64,000 nucleotides of DNA from Planctomycetota bacterium (GTDB lineage Bacteria; Planctomycetota; B15-G4; JADJEK01). The notes below the pieces were generated by a model, which was given only the letters and a program-made list of their open reading frames with translations, was not told the origin of the DNA and ran no database searches. The DNA is taken from the NCBI GenBank assembly GCA_044225365.1, contig JBGAIQ010000018.1, positions 48,119 to 112,118 on the forward strand, in the 5' to 3' direction. Positions 42,285 to 51,513 of this stretch are shown piece after piece. The number at the start of each line of letters is the position of its first letter. Position 1 is the stretch's first letter. The position numbers and the translations under genes are program-made.

Positions 42285-43346
42285 TTATCCGGCAAACAGG
42301 ACCGGGTAACGTTCCAACAGTTCGTTTCGGAAGCGGGTCCGCGAACGCAGCAACGTGCGGAAGACTTCCGCGTGCTCCAGCGTGGCGCGAACTTCCGCCA
42401 ACTTGTTCGGGAATCGGGTGAGCAACTCACCGAACGCGGCGGCCGAGCGGTCGAACCGCTCGAGCTTTGCGTAGAACATGGCGAGGCTCAGGTGGATCGT
42501 GAAGAACTTCGGATCGTTCTCGACGTGTCCAAGGGTTCGGATCTGCTCGAAACACTCGACGGCTTTGCCGTAGTCGCAGCGGTATCCGTAGGCGTTGCCG
42601 AGCGACTGCAGGGTCATCACTCGCAGCAGCTTGTCGAGCTTCGGAAGCGCGAGGATCTTCTGGTACTCCGCAATGGCCTCTTCCGGCCGGTCGATGCGAA
42701 CGAAGTACGCGCCGAGATAGAGTCGAGCCGCCGCGTGGTCCTCAGCGAGGATGAGGCACTCTTCGAGGAAATGGCGGGCGTTGTCGAGCGCAGTCCGACC
42801 CGACCGGACACCGATGCGCGTGCTCTTGCTGTTGCGCGCGCCGTCGCGGCCGCGGAACAACTGGCTCGTGCGCTTGAGGGACTGCGTCGTTCGCCGAGGG
42901 ACGCTCGTCGCCCGCGCTGCGAGGTCGATCGTTTCCTTCACCAATCGGCGGCCTTCGGCCCCCGCGCGCTCGAGAGCGACCGCCTTGCGGTGGAGAAACA
43001 TCATCAATTTCGAATCGTTACCAGCGAGGTAGTACGCCTTGCCGAGTTCGTAGAGGAGGGCCGCCACGCGCGCCAGGTTCGACTCGACGAGGCGATCGGA
43101 GAGGCGAGCGAAGAACGAGTCCTTCTCGAAGCCGCCGAGCGGAGCGTCGATCTTCTCGAGATCGGAAGCGCCCTGATGCATGCGGATCTGCTGGCGCAAG
43201 GAATCGACGGCGCCGCGGCAACCATCGCACAACTCGATGTGGACGAGCAGCGATTTGACGTCGGGTTGCGCGAGTTCCCCGTCCACGTACCCGTGGACCG
43301 AGATCTCGAATTCCGTGCAGGGCATGTACCGGAGCTCGGTCGTCAT
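42285..43346 (-). CDS. Soluble zinc anti-sigma (ZAS/zf-HC2) domain fused to TPR repeats
   Basis: C...YVDGEL...HIELCDGC (HxxxCxxC) plus three or more TPR-like repeats. No TM. Overlaps the ECF stop. Confidence 0.85.
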   Translation of the reverse strand: MTTELRYMPCTEFEISVHGYVDGELAQPDVKSLLVHIELCDGCRGAVDSLRQQIRMHQGASDLEKIDAPLGGFEKDSFFARLSDRLVESNLARVAALLYELGKAYYLAGNDSKLMMFLHRKAVALERAGAEGRRLVKETIDLAARATSVPRRTTQSLKRTSQLFRGRDGARNSKSTRIGVRSGRTALDNARHFLEECLILAEDHAAARLYLGAYFVRIDRPEEAIAEYQKILALPKLDKLLRVMTLQSLGNAYGYRCDYGKAVECFEQIRTLGHVENDPKFFTIHLSLAMFYAKLERFDRSAAAFGELLTRFPNKLAEVRATLEHAEVFRTLLRSRTRFRNELLERYPVLFAG

Positions 43347-44104
43347 GACTCACCTCCGGCTACCTGGGTGATCGATCGGAAGATCTTTTTCCGCGCTCGG
43401 CAGATGACCATTTTCAGGTTCTCGAGCTTGATGTCGAGGCGCTCGGATGCTTCACGATACCTTACGTTCTCCACTTCGACGAGTTCGAGCGCACGTCGCT
43501 CCCGATCGTTGAGGCGGCGATACGCCGTTAGATAGTTGCCGAGGATCAGCAACCACCGGATCCCGCATTCCCCACGGTTTTCGTCGTCTTCGAGGCTGGT
43601 GAGCGGATTCGGTTCGCTCTCGTCCTCGACCGATTCCGCTACGGCATCCGACACCAGCGTCGTCGCGTTGCTGCCCCGCAGGTGCTTCAGGATCGTGTTG
43701 CGAATGATCGAATACGACCAGTTTCGGAACGAGAACTCCTTCTCGTCACGGAATTTGTGGGGATATCGGAAGATCGAGAAGAAGACGTCCTGCAGGATGT
43801 CCTTGGGGTCGATCTGGGCGCGAACGAAGCGCAACCGCTTCATGATCGCGAGCAAGAACTCGCGATGATTGAGCTCGTAGATCAACGAGTAGGATTCGAG
43901 GTTCCGGTAACACCGGAAGTTGTCCATGAGGCAGGTGTTGAACTGGGCGAGCGAGACCTCTTCGCGTTCGAACTTGCGGAAGATGGCGAGCAAGCGCTCG
44001 TCGTGGGTCTCGCGGGCGATCCGCTCGACACGCGAAGCAATCTCCGCCGCGTCGAGCGTCCCGACGGCCTCCAGCACTCGATTGCGATTCGAGCCCGTTG
44101 TCAT
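43343..44104 (-). CDS. Divergent ECF sigma factor with N-terminal extension
   Basis: Region 2 DPKDILQDVF...FRNWSYSIIRNTILKHLR. Region 4 LNDRERRALEL...YREASERLDIK...KMVICRARKKI. Confidence 0.85.
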   Translation of the reverse strand: MTTGSNRNRVLEAVGTLDAAEIASRVERIARETHDERLLAIFRKFEREEVSLAQFNTCLMDNFRCYRNLESYSLIYELNHREFLLAIMKRLRFVRAQIDPKDILQDVFFSIFRYPHKFRDEKEFSFRNWSYSIIRNTILKHLRGSNATTLVSDAVAESVEDESEPNPLTSLEDDENRGECGIRWLLILGNYLTAYRRLNDRERRALELVEVENVRYREASERLDIKLENLKMVICRARKKIFRSITQVAGGES

Positions 44105-44130
44105 GAGGCGCCCACCTTTGTTGGACGGCG

Positions 44131-44348
44131 GTGACCCCTGAAATGGAGAAGCGACGGGCGAAACGAGTTCGCCCGTACCGGGTCACGCACGTTCTCGCTG
44201 CCGATGGGCGAGGTCGTCATTCCGGTTTCTCCGGCACCAGCCATTCCATCCATCGTGAATCGCTTCACGATGCGGGACCATGGCCAGAGCCGCGTCAGGG
44301 GCCCTACCGCTCCGTTCGCATTCGCACCCTCCCGCAAGGGTGGGTGCG
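44131..44348. other. Cluster of strong hairpins in the ECF upstream region
   Basis: 9-bp stems at 44154-44176 and 44251-44272, a 10-bp stem at 44323-44348, and an outer pair GTGACCC/GGGTCAC (44131-44137 / 44180-44186). Confidence 0.55.
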
Positions 44349-44652
44349 GTGAGCGCGAGAACACGAACTGCGGTTCATCACCAGAATCGCTGCGGTCGTG
44401 AATCGCGAGGTCTCGAGCGAGGGGTCGATTCGGCCTTGGACACGTAAGGTGGGGAACGAGTTGCGGGCCGAAGTTCCGAGCGCTCTCTACGTCGATTCAC
44501 TTGCCGAAGTATAATGCGCAACCCGCCGCCGAGATATCTCGCTCCGGATCCGACTAGAAAAAGATTTCGATACGGAATGCCTCTTTGAAACGCCACTTAG
44601 AAGATTCCCGCCCTCCACTGAAACGAACTTTAAGTCGCAACGTCGACTCTTC

Positions 44653-47600
44653 GTGCGCGCGGACCTCCTACCTCCTGCGCGGGCATTGCCGCGTCGGAAG
44701 GCGCTCTTGAAGCCTTTTCGCGTCGCTCTTTCGCTCTTCGAGTGGATCGCCGGGGGCGTTGCCCTGTACGCCGCCGCGCAGCCAGCGCTGTACCAACTCC
44801 GTGTCTCGTATCGCCAGACCGATCGACTCTTCGAATTCTGGATCGCGACGCTCCTCCTCGTCCTCACCGTCCGCGCCGTTCGCCACTTCCGGGACGGACG
44901 CATCGGTATGAGTACCGCGACGCCTCCGCTGCGATCCCATCATGTCCTCCAACTCGCGACGCTCACCGCGAGCGCATCGCAGGCGATCGCGTTGCTCGCC
45001 CCCATCAACACGATCGAGACGGCGGCGGTGTCTCCGTCGTTCGCCGGCTTCTACCTCGCGGCGCAGGTCGCGATCGCGATCTTCATCGCCTGGCGAGCGG
45101 ATCCCGACACTCTGCGCGGGTCGGCGATCCTCCTCGTCGTGCTCTCGGGTTTGAACGGCCGGTTGTTCAATGCCGATTTCGCGATCCTCCTTCCCCTCGC
45201 CCTCGCCACGATCGCCCGCTGGATCGACGCCGCGGATTCGGGAACGCGTCGTTTCACACTCTTCGAAGGCGGGCTCTTCGCGTTGATCGGTTGCGCGATC
45301 CTCGGCACGATCGTCGCACCCGAACCCGGCGCGTCGTACGCCGTCCTCGTCCGCTTCGCGTTCTTCGCCTTGCTCGCTGTCATCGTGCGCGCCGCGGTGC
45401 GTTCGGAGCGTGACGCGAGGCAACAACTCGCCCTGCAGGTCGTCGTGGGACTCGCGATCTGCGGACTCACGATCCTCGCGGCCGCCCTCGCGCTCGAACA
45501 CGCGACGCCGCGAGCGATCTTCAACACGCGCTTTCAGATCTTCAACGCCCATCCGAACCTCGTCGGTCCGTTCCACGCGGTGAATGCACTCCTTGCGCTC
45601 GGGTTCCTGCTCTACCTCGGGAGATCGCGTCCGCAGCGAGTCCTCGCGACGATCGGGCTCCTCGTCATGGTCGGGGTGTTGGTGCAAGCCGGTTCGAAGG
45701 CGGCGCTCGGTGCCTTCGTGTTCGGAGCGATGCTCCTCGGCTTGCTCGGGCGACCGGGCGTCGAACGCGGTGTGCGATCCGTGCTCGATCGCGCGTTCTC
45801 CAACCCGAAGATGATCCTCGCCGCCGTGCTCGTGCCCGTCGGGCTCGTGGCCCTCTTCCTCATCGCTCCACGCGGAATGCGGGACCGCATGACGCCGAGC
45901 GGCATCCGCCAGACCCTCGAGTACCGCCTCGACATCTGGGGCGCGACCCTCCACGTCATCAAGGATCATCCGTGGTTCGGCGTCGGTATCGAGAACTACT
46001 CCCTCGCGGCGTCGCACCTCGAGACGACGACCGCCCAGGATCAGACGAGCGACCCGCACCCCCACAACCTGTATCTCGCGGTCGCTCAGGCTGCGGGACT
46101 TCCGGGGCTCTTGTGCCTCCTCGTCGCGATCGTTGGACTGATGCTCCGCATGCTGCGGGCTCACCGGGTGGCGAACGACGTCACGCGCCGCCATCTCCTC
46201 GTCACGTGCGGCGCGGGATTCGTCCTCATCCTGGCGGCGAGCATGCTCGACGTCGGACTCGGCCTCGGCACCTTCCTCCCGCCGTCGTTGCTCGTGCTCG
46301 GCGGAATCGCATCGGGTGTCGCGCAGATCGCGGATCCCGATCACGAGCCGTGGGACGCCGGGAGCCGCGGTTCCGGTTCGCTCGGGCGGAACGCCGCGCT
46401 CGTCCTGACGCTCGTCCTGTTCTCCGCCGTCACCCTGCGATCCGCCGCGGTATCGCGCGAGATCTACTCCGCGCGCCTCGCTCACCGCAGCGGCGAGATC
46501 GCGAGAGCGCGTGAGCACTACGAACGCGCAGCGGCACTCGATCCGATCAATACACAGATCTCGCTCGCGCTGATCGACGTCTACAAGGACTCCTCGACGG
46601 GCAACGCGAATCGAGAAGCCTCACTGCAAGCGGCACTCGAGCGATTGCAGGCGATGGTTCGGCGAACGCCCGACGACGCCTCGCTGTACGCTCGAATCTC
46701 CCGGCTCTATCGCGAGATGAACCAACTCGAGGAGGCCGTCGCTGCCGCGCGACAGGCGATCCAACACGCACCCGAGACCGTCACCGCCGCGCCCTACTAT
46801 TCCGAACTCGGCCTCCTCCTCTGGGTCGGAGTGAAGGACCTCGACGGTGCGTTCGAGGCGTACAAGCGCGCCCTCATCCTCGACATCGGCATCGTCAACC
46901 GAATCGTCTGGACCTACAAGGTGCGGCGCGAAGGCACCGCGTTCGACGATCAGTACATCGACGTCGACGGCAAGGACCCAAAGGATGCCCAGTCGCATCG
47001 TCGATTCCGACTCGAGGATCTGATCGCCTCGATCGTCGCCGACTACGAAGCGAAGATCGCCGCGGGCGAGCGTCCCGACATCCTCGAATGGCTCAAGGTC
47101 TATCACATGTACCTGAACGCCGGCGACTACGAGGAGGCCGAGCGGATCGCGGAGCGAATCGGCAAGTTCCCCAACTACAACCTGGTGACGATCGACCGCG
47201 AGATCGCCGACGTCGAACTGCGACGAGGCGACTACGACAAGGCGATCGAGTACTACCGGCGCGGGCTCGCCGCGCGCCCCAACTTCACCATGTACATCGG
47301 AGCCGCCGAGGCCTATCGCCGGAAGGGTGATCTCGATCTCGCACGCGCCAATCTCGAGGCGAGCCTTTCGCTCAAGGAAGACCTGATCGCGAGCGACTCG
47401 TTCTATCGCACGGTCTACTCGTCCCTCGCCGAGATCAGTGAGCAGCAGGGCAAGGTCTCCGATGCGCGGCGCTTCCTGCGCGATCTCCTCTACTTCTCGC
47501 AATCGACGAGCGAGCGATTCGCACTGCTGCTTCGCCTCGCAAAGCTCGCGAGATCGGCGGGAGCGATCGACGACGCGACCCTCGCGATTCGCGAAGCGAT

Positions 47601-48285
47601 CGACGTGCTCATCCTCAACGGCGTCGACCTCGTGAAGCAGGGGATCGACAATCCGGTGCGCGAACTCGCTCGCGAAACGGTCCTCGCTTTCTCAGCGAAG
47701 TACGGAGATCCCGGCCAGAGCCGCCAGGCGCTCCTCGATCTCTCCGATCCCGAGACGCAGCAATCGACGAGTCCGGCGTTCTCCGCGTTCGCAGCGTGGG
47801 TCCGCCTCGCGCTCGACGATCTCGACGGTGCCCACGAACTGCTCGCGCGCTCGCGTGAGGAGAATCGAATGAACCGCCTCGCGGACCTCGCGGCGATCGA
47901 CCTGCTCATCGCGAGCGGGCGACGCGAGAACGCGGACAAACTGTTCACGCAGTTGATCGAGCTCGATTCGCGGACCGGATATCGCGCCGAACGCGAGCGC
48001 GGGTTGAAGCAACGGCTCGACGCCACTCAGAAATCACCGTCCTTCGATCTCCGTCTCGAGATCGCCGACCACTACTTCCTCGTCGGAGCGATCGCGGAAG
48101 CCGCGGGTCACTACAAGCAGCTCGTGACCGGCAAGAACGGTGACGCACGAGTCGACGCCCGGCTCGGGCGTGCCCTCTTCTTCCAAGGCGATCCCGGTGC
48201 CGCCAACCTGCTGTTCCGGCGCGCGGCCGAGAAGGCTCCCGAGGATCCGTTCTATCCGAGGCTCGCCCGAGGAGCCTCGCTGTGA
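44653..48285 (+). CDS. O-antigen ligase (Wzy_C)-family membrane protein with long C-terminal TPR region
   Basis: Many TM helices. HPN, RLDIW...IKDHPWFGVG and HPHNLYL...GLPG motifs, then about 600 aa of TPR-like repeats. Alternative TTG start at 44707. Confidence 0.88.
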   Translation: MRADLLPPARALPRRKALLKPFRVALSLFEWIAGGVALYAAAQPALYQLRVSYRQTDRLFEFWIATLLLVLTVRAVRHFRDGRIGMSTATPPLRSHHVLQLATLTASASQAIALLAPINTIETAAVSPSFAGFYLAAQVAIAIFIAWRADPDTLRGSAILLVVLSGLNGRLFNADFAILLPLALATIARWIDAADSGTRRFTLFEGGLFALIGCAILGTIVAPEPGASYAVLVRFAFFALLAVIVRAAVRSERDARQQLALQVVVGLAICGLTILAAALALEHATPRAIFNTRFQIFNAHPNLVGPFHAVNALLALGFLLYLGRSRPQRVLATIGLLVMVGVLVQAGSKAALGAFVFGAMLLGLLGRPGVERGVRSVLDRAFSNPKMILAAVLVPVGLVALFLIAPRGMRDRMTPSGIRQTLEYRLDIWGATLHVIKDHPWFGVGIENYSLAASHLETTTAQDQTSDPHPHNLYLAVAQAAGLPGLLCLLVAIVGLMLRMLRAHRVANDVTRRHLLVTCGAGFVLILAASMLDVGLGLGTFLPPSLLVLGGIASGVAQIADPDHEPWDAGSRGSGSLGRNAALVLTLVLFSAVTLRSAAVSREIYSARLAHRSGEIARAREHYERAAALDPINTQISLALIDVYKDSSTGNANREASLQAALERLQAMVRRTPDDASLYARISRLYREMNQLEEAVAAARQAIQHAPETVTAAPYYSELGLLLWVGVKDLDGAFEAYKRALILDIGIVNRIVWTYKVRREGTAFDDQYIDVDGKDPKDAQSHRRFRLEDLIASIVADYEAKIAAGERPDILEWLKVYHMYLNAGDYEEAERIAERIGKFPNYNLVTIDREIADVELRRGDYDKAIEYYRRGLAARPNFTMYIGAAEAYRRKGDLDLARANLEASLSLKEDLIASDSFYRTVYSSLAEISEQQGKVSDARRFLRDLLYFSQSTSERFALLLRLAKLARSAGAIDDATLAIREAIDVLILNGVDLVKQGIDNPVRELARETVLAFSAKYGDPGQSRQALLDLSDPETQQSTSPAFSAFAAWVRLALDDLDGAHELLARSREENRMNRLADLAAIDLLIASGRRENADKLFTQLIELDSRTGYRAERERGLKQRLDATQKSPSFDLRLEIADHYFLVGAIAEAAGHYKQLVTGKNGDARVDARLGRALFFQGDPGAANLLFRRAAEKAPEDPFYPRLARGASL

Positions 48286-50168
48286 CGGAGCGACGAGCGA
48301 AGCTCCTCCTCGTCCTGCTCGTCCTCGCGGTCGGCGCGCTCCTCTTCACCGCTCCGGGTCGCGGCTACTGGGTGATCGACCCGGATGCATCGGCCTACGT
48401 CGGCCTCGCTCGTTCACTCGTCGCAGGTGATGGCTACACGCTCCAGGGAATCCCTCACGCCAAGTTCCCACCCGGATTCCCGCTATTGCTCAGCATCGCG
48501 ATTCGCCTCACGGGCGATCGCGAATGCTATGGCGCGATGCGCGACGTCACGATGCTGATGGGCCTCCTGAACATCATTCTCGCCTTCGCCGTAGCGCGGC
48601 GCGTGCTGAGACTCTCGCCGGGAGGATCGCTCTTCATCGCGTTCTCGACCGCCGTCAGCATCTACCTGCTGCAGTACACGGCCTCCTTCCTGCGGAGCGA
48701 GACCACGTTCACCGCTTTCCTGCTCGCCGCGGTCGTCGCCGGGGAGCGCTGGCGCGAACGCGGCGGCGCACGATCCGCGCTGCTCACGGGTCTCTGTGTC
48801 GCGGGAGCGATGGCGACCCGTTCCGCCGGAATCGTGGCGATCGCAGCACTCGCGATTGCGAGACTGCTGCGCCGTCCGACCGACGCATCGGCACCCCACT
48901 CGTTCGCTCCACGAATGCTCGAAGTCGCCCTCTTCGCCGGGATCGGTATCGCTCCCGCCGTGATCCACGGCGCCTACGTCTCGATTCGCTCCACATCGCT
49001 CGGCATCCAATCGTCGAGCTACGGAGACGAGCTCTTCGCCCGCTACGCGCTCGATCTCACCAAGGACATCGACGACGCGAAGCCGAAGATCTCGCCGTTC
49101 TCCTCCGCGATGCTCGAACGCGTGAACGGCAACCTGGCAGCGCTCGCTCTCTCGCTCGGGAAGTTCGTGCTCGACGCGAACAAGGGCGCGAACCTAGCCA
49201 CGAACTCACAGACGGGGCGAATGCACCCCGGCGGCTATGCGCTGCTCGCGCTACTTTGCGTCGGACTCGTCGTCGCCGTGCGGAGAAGACTCCTCGTCGC
49301 GGTGCTGCTGACGACGTTCTACATCGGGCTCTACTTGATCTGGCCCTTCAATCAGCAGCAGCGCTTCTATCAGCCGATCGCCCCGATCCTGCTCGGCCTG
49401 CTCGGGCTCGGTGTCACGCCGTTCCTGGCGTTCGTTGCGGCATGCGCCGCCAGAGCGCTCGGACGCATCGCGCTCGGCAGTTCCCTCCTCCTGCTCGTCG
49501 TCGTGCTCGCGTCCCAGGGCAAGAGCGACGTGCACCAGATCGGCAGTTACTCGTACTCGTACGTCGTGCTGATGGCCGCTCCGGCGCTCGCCGGCATCGC
49601 GTTCCTCGCGCTCGCTCTCGTTCCGCGTTGGCAAGGATTCGACCTCGCCCGGCAGGGTTCGCGGCTTCGTCCCATCGGTCTTTCGCTGCTCTCGATCCTC
49701 TGGATCTTCTCGTTCCTCCACGAGCTGTCCGAACTGCGGACGAAGCACATCGAATTCGAGCGCCAGCGCCGGGAGCACCCCGTGCCGCCGATGTTCGCGA
49801 AGATCAAGGTCCAGCCGGAGCTGATCGAGATCCTCGAGAAACTGCTCGCGGCGGCGAAGCCGGGCGACGTCGTCATGTCGGACATCCCGAAGATGATCCA
49901 CGAGATGACGGGCATGAAGACGGCGCCGTTCCGCTTCGACAGCGCGAAGCAGGAGCTCGTCCTGGACACCCCGTTCGGACGCCCTCGGTTCTTGTACTTC
50001 TCGCGGGAGATCCCGCAGGTCACGGAAGTGTTCGATCACGTGATGAAGAGTGACCCGAAGTGGCTCGTCCCGGTGCACTCGATCGACGTGAAGGAAGGAA
50101 CGGTGGCGACCCGGGTCGTGCTGTATCGTGTTCTCGACGAAGACGAGACCGCGACCAAGGACCACTGA
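48282..50168 (+). CDS. GT-C fold (ArnT/PMT-like) membrane glycosyltransferase
   Basis: GTGA overlap with the upstream gene. DASAYVGLARSL..GDGY...FPPGFPLLL, SETTF, TRSAG and QRFYQP motifs. Multi-TM. Confidence 0.8.
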   Translation: MTERRAKLLLVLLVLAVGALLFTAPGRGYWVIDPDASAYVGLARSLVAGDGYTLQGIPHAKFPPGFPLLLSIAIRLTGDRECYGAMRDVTMLMGLLNIILAFAVARRVLRLSPGGSLFIAFSTAVSIYLLQYTASFLRSETTFTAFLLAAVVAGERWRERGGARSALLTGLCVAGAMATRSAGIVAIAALAIARLLRRPTDASAPHSFAPRMLEVALFAGIGIAPAVIHGAYVSIRSTSLGIQSSSYGDELFARYALDLTKDIDDAKPKISPFSSAMLERVNGNLAALALSLGKFVLDANKGANLATNSQTGRMHPGGYALLALLCVGLVVAVRRRLLVAVLLTTFYIGLYLIWPFNQQQRFYQPIAPILLGLLGLGVTPFLAFVAACAARALGRIALGSSLLLLVVVLASQGKSDVHQIGSYSYSYVVLMAAPALAGIAFLALALVPRWQGFDLARQGSRLRPIGLSLLSILWIFSFLHELSELRTKHIEFERQRREHPVPPMFAKIKVQPELIEILEKLLAAAKPGDVVMSDIPKMIHEMTGMKTAPFRFDSAKQELVLDTPFGRPRFLYFSREIPQVTEVFDHVMKSDPKWLVPVHSIDVKEGTVATRVVLYRVLDEDETATKDH

Positions 50169-50169
50169 T

Positions 50170-51501
50170 TTGCGCACTCGACTCGACAACGCCCTCGTCG
50201 TGACGATGAATCCACGACGGGAGGTCCTCGTCGGCAGCGTCCTCGTCGAGGACGGACACATCGCCGCGATCGAGTCCGCGGGCGCGCCCTCGACGGAATG
50301 CGATCGCCGAATCGACCTGGAAGGCCACGCGCTCGTCCCCGGATTCGTACAGACCCACATCCATGGGTGTCAGACGCTCTTCCGCGGCGCGGCCGACGAC
50401 CTCCTACTGCTCGATTGGTTGAAGACTCGCATCTGGCCACTCGAGGCCGCGCACGACGGGGCATCGGTCCGCGCTTCGATGCGACTCACGGCGCTGGAAC
50501 TCCTGCTCGGCGGCACGACGGCGATGCTGACGATGGAGACCGTGCGCGAGACCGAACACGCGTTCGACGCCTTGCGCGACGTTCCGATCCGCGGAGTCCT
50601 CGGCAAGTGCCTCATGGACCGCGGCGACGACGTACCGCGCGGCCTCCTCGAAACGAAACGGTCCGCGCTCGATTCGGCTCAGGAGCTCGCGTCGCGCTAC
50701 CCGAACGTGCGAGGCGCACGACTGCGCGCGTGCCTCGCTCCGCGCTTTGCGCTCTCGTGTTCGGAGGAGTTGTTGCGCGATGTCGCGGCGATCGGAAAGG
50801 ACCGTCGCGTTCTGGTTCACACCCACGGTGCCGAACAGCTCGCAGAGGTCGCGCTCGTCGAACGAGAGACGAAGCTCCGCAATTTGGCCTACTTTGAATA
50901 CGTCGGCCTCGCGAACGACCGATTGCGACTTGCCCACGCGGTCCATCTCGACGCGCATGAGGAATCGCTGCTGAAGCGCTGCGGTGGCCACGTATTGCAC
51001 TGCCCATCGTCGAACCTGAAACTCGGTTCCGGGATCGCGCCGATTGCTCGCTACCTCGATCTCGGCGTTCCCGTCTCGCTCGGCGCGGATGGCGCGCCGT
51101 GCAACAACAATCTCGATGGACTGCGCGAGGCCAGGCTGGCCGCGCTCCTGCAGAAGCCGCTCTTCGGACCACGCGCGTTGCCGGCGCTAGTCGCCTTCGA
51201 GCTGTTGACGATCGCCGGAGCGCGCGCGCTCGACATGGAGAGCGAGATCGGGAGCATCGAGGTCGGCAAGTCCGCGGATCTGGTCGAGATCGATCTCTTC
51301 GGACCCCACTGCGAACCCTGCGGTGACGTGTACTCCCGGCTGATCTACGCCGCCGAGCGCAGTGACATCGTGCGAGTCTTCGTCGCCGGTGAGTGCGTCG
51401 TACTCCGCGGCGAGCCGACGTACTGCGAGCGAGGCGCCGAGATCACGAAGGCGCGGGAACAGGCCGCCGCACTGTTCACCCGTGCCGGACTCGCTCGCTG
51501 A
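50170..51501 (+). CDS. Amidohydrolase (5'-deoxyadenosine/MTA-SAH deaminase-like)
   Basis: PGFVQTHIH, DWL..RIWPLE, APRFALSCS, HTHGAE, HCPSSNLKLGSG, GADGAPCNN. Confidence 0.88.
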   Translation: MRTRLDNALVVTMNPRREVLVGSVLVEDGHIAAIESAGAPSTECDRRIDLEGHALVPGFVQTHIHGCQTLFRGAADDLLLLDWLKTRIWPLEAAHDGASVRASMRLTALELLLGGTTAMLTMETVRETEHAFDALRDVPIRGVLGKCLMDRGDDVPRGLLETKRSALDSAQELASRYPNVRGARLRACLAPRFALSCSEELLRDVAAIGKDRRVLVHTHGAEQLAEVALVERETKLRNLAYFEYVGLANDRLRLAHAVHLDAHEESLLKRCGGHVLHCPSSNLKLGSGIAPIARYLDLGVPVSLGADGAPCNNNLDGLREARLAALLQKPLFGPRALPALVAFELLTIAGARALDMESEIGSIEVGKSADLVEIDLFGPHCEPCGDVYSRLIYAAERSDIVRVFVAGECVVLRGEPTYCERGAEITKAREQAAALFTRAGLAR

Positions 51502-51513
51502 TCGATCGCCCGC

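Noticed and set aside
44101-44364. 87-aa ORF overlapping the ECF start
   Set aside because: No recognisable motif or convincing RBS, and it spans the hairpin cluster. It cannot be supported as coding.
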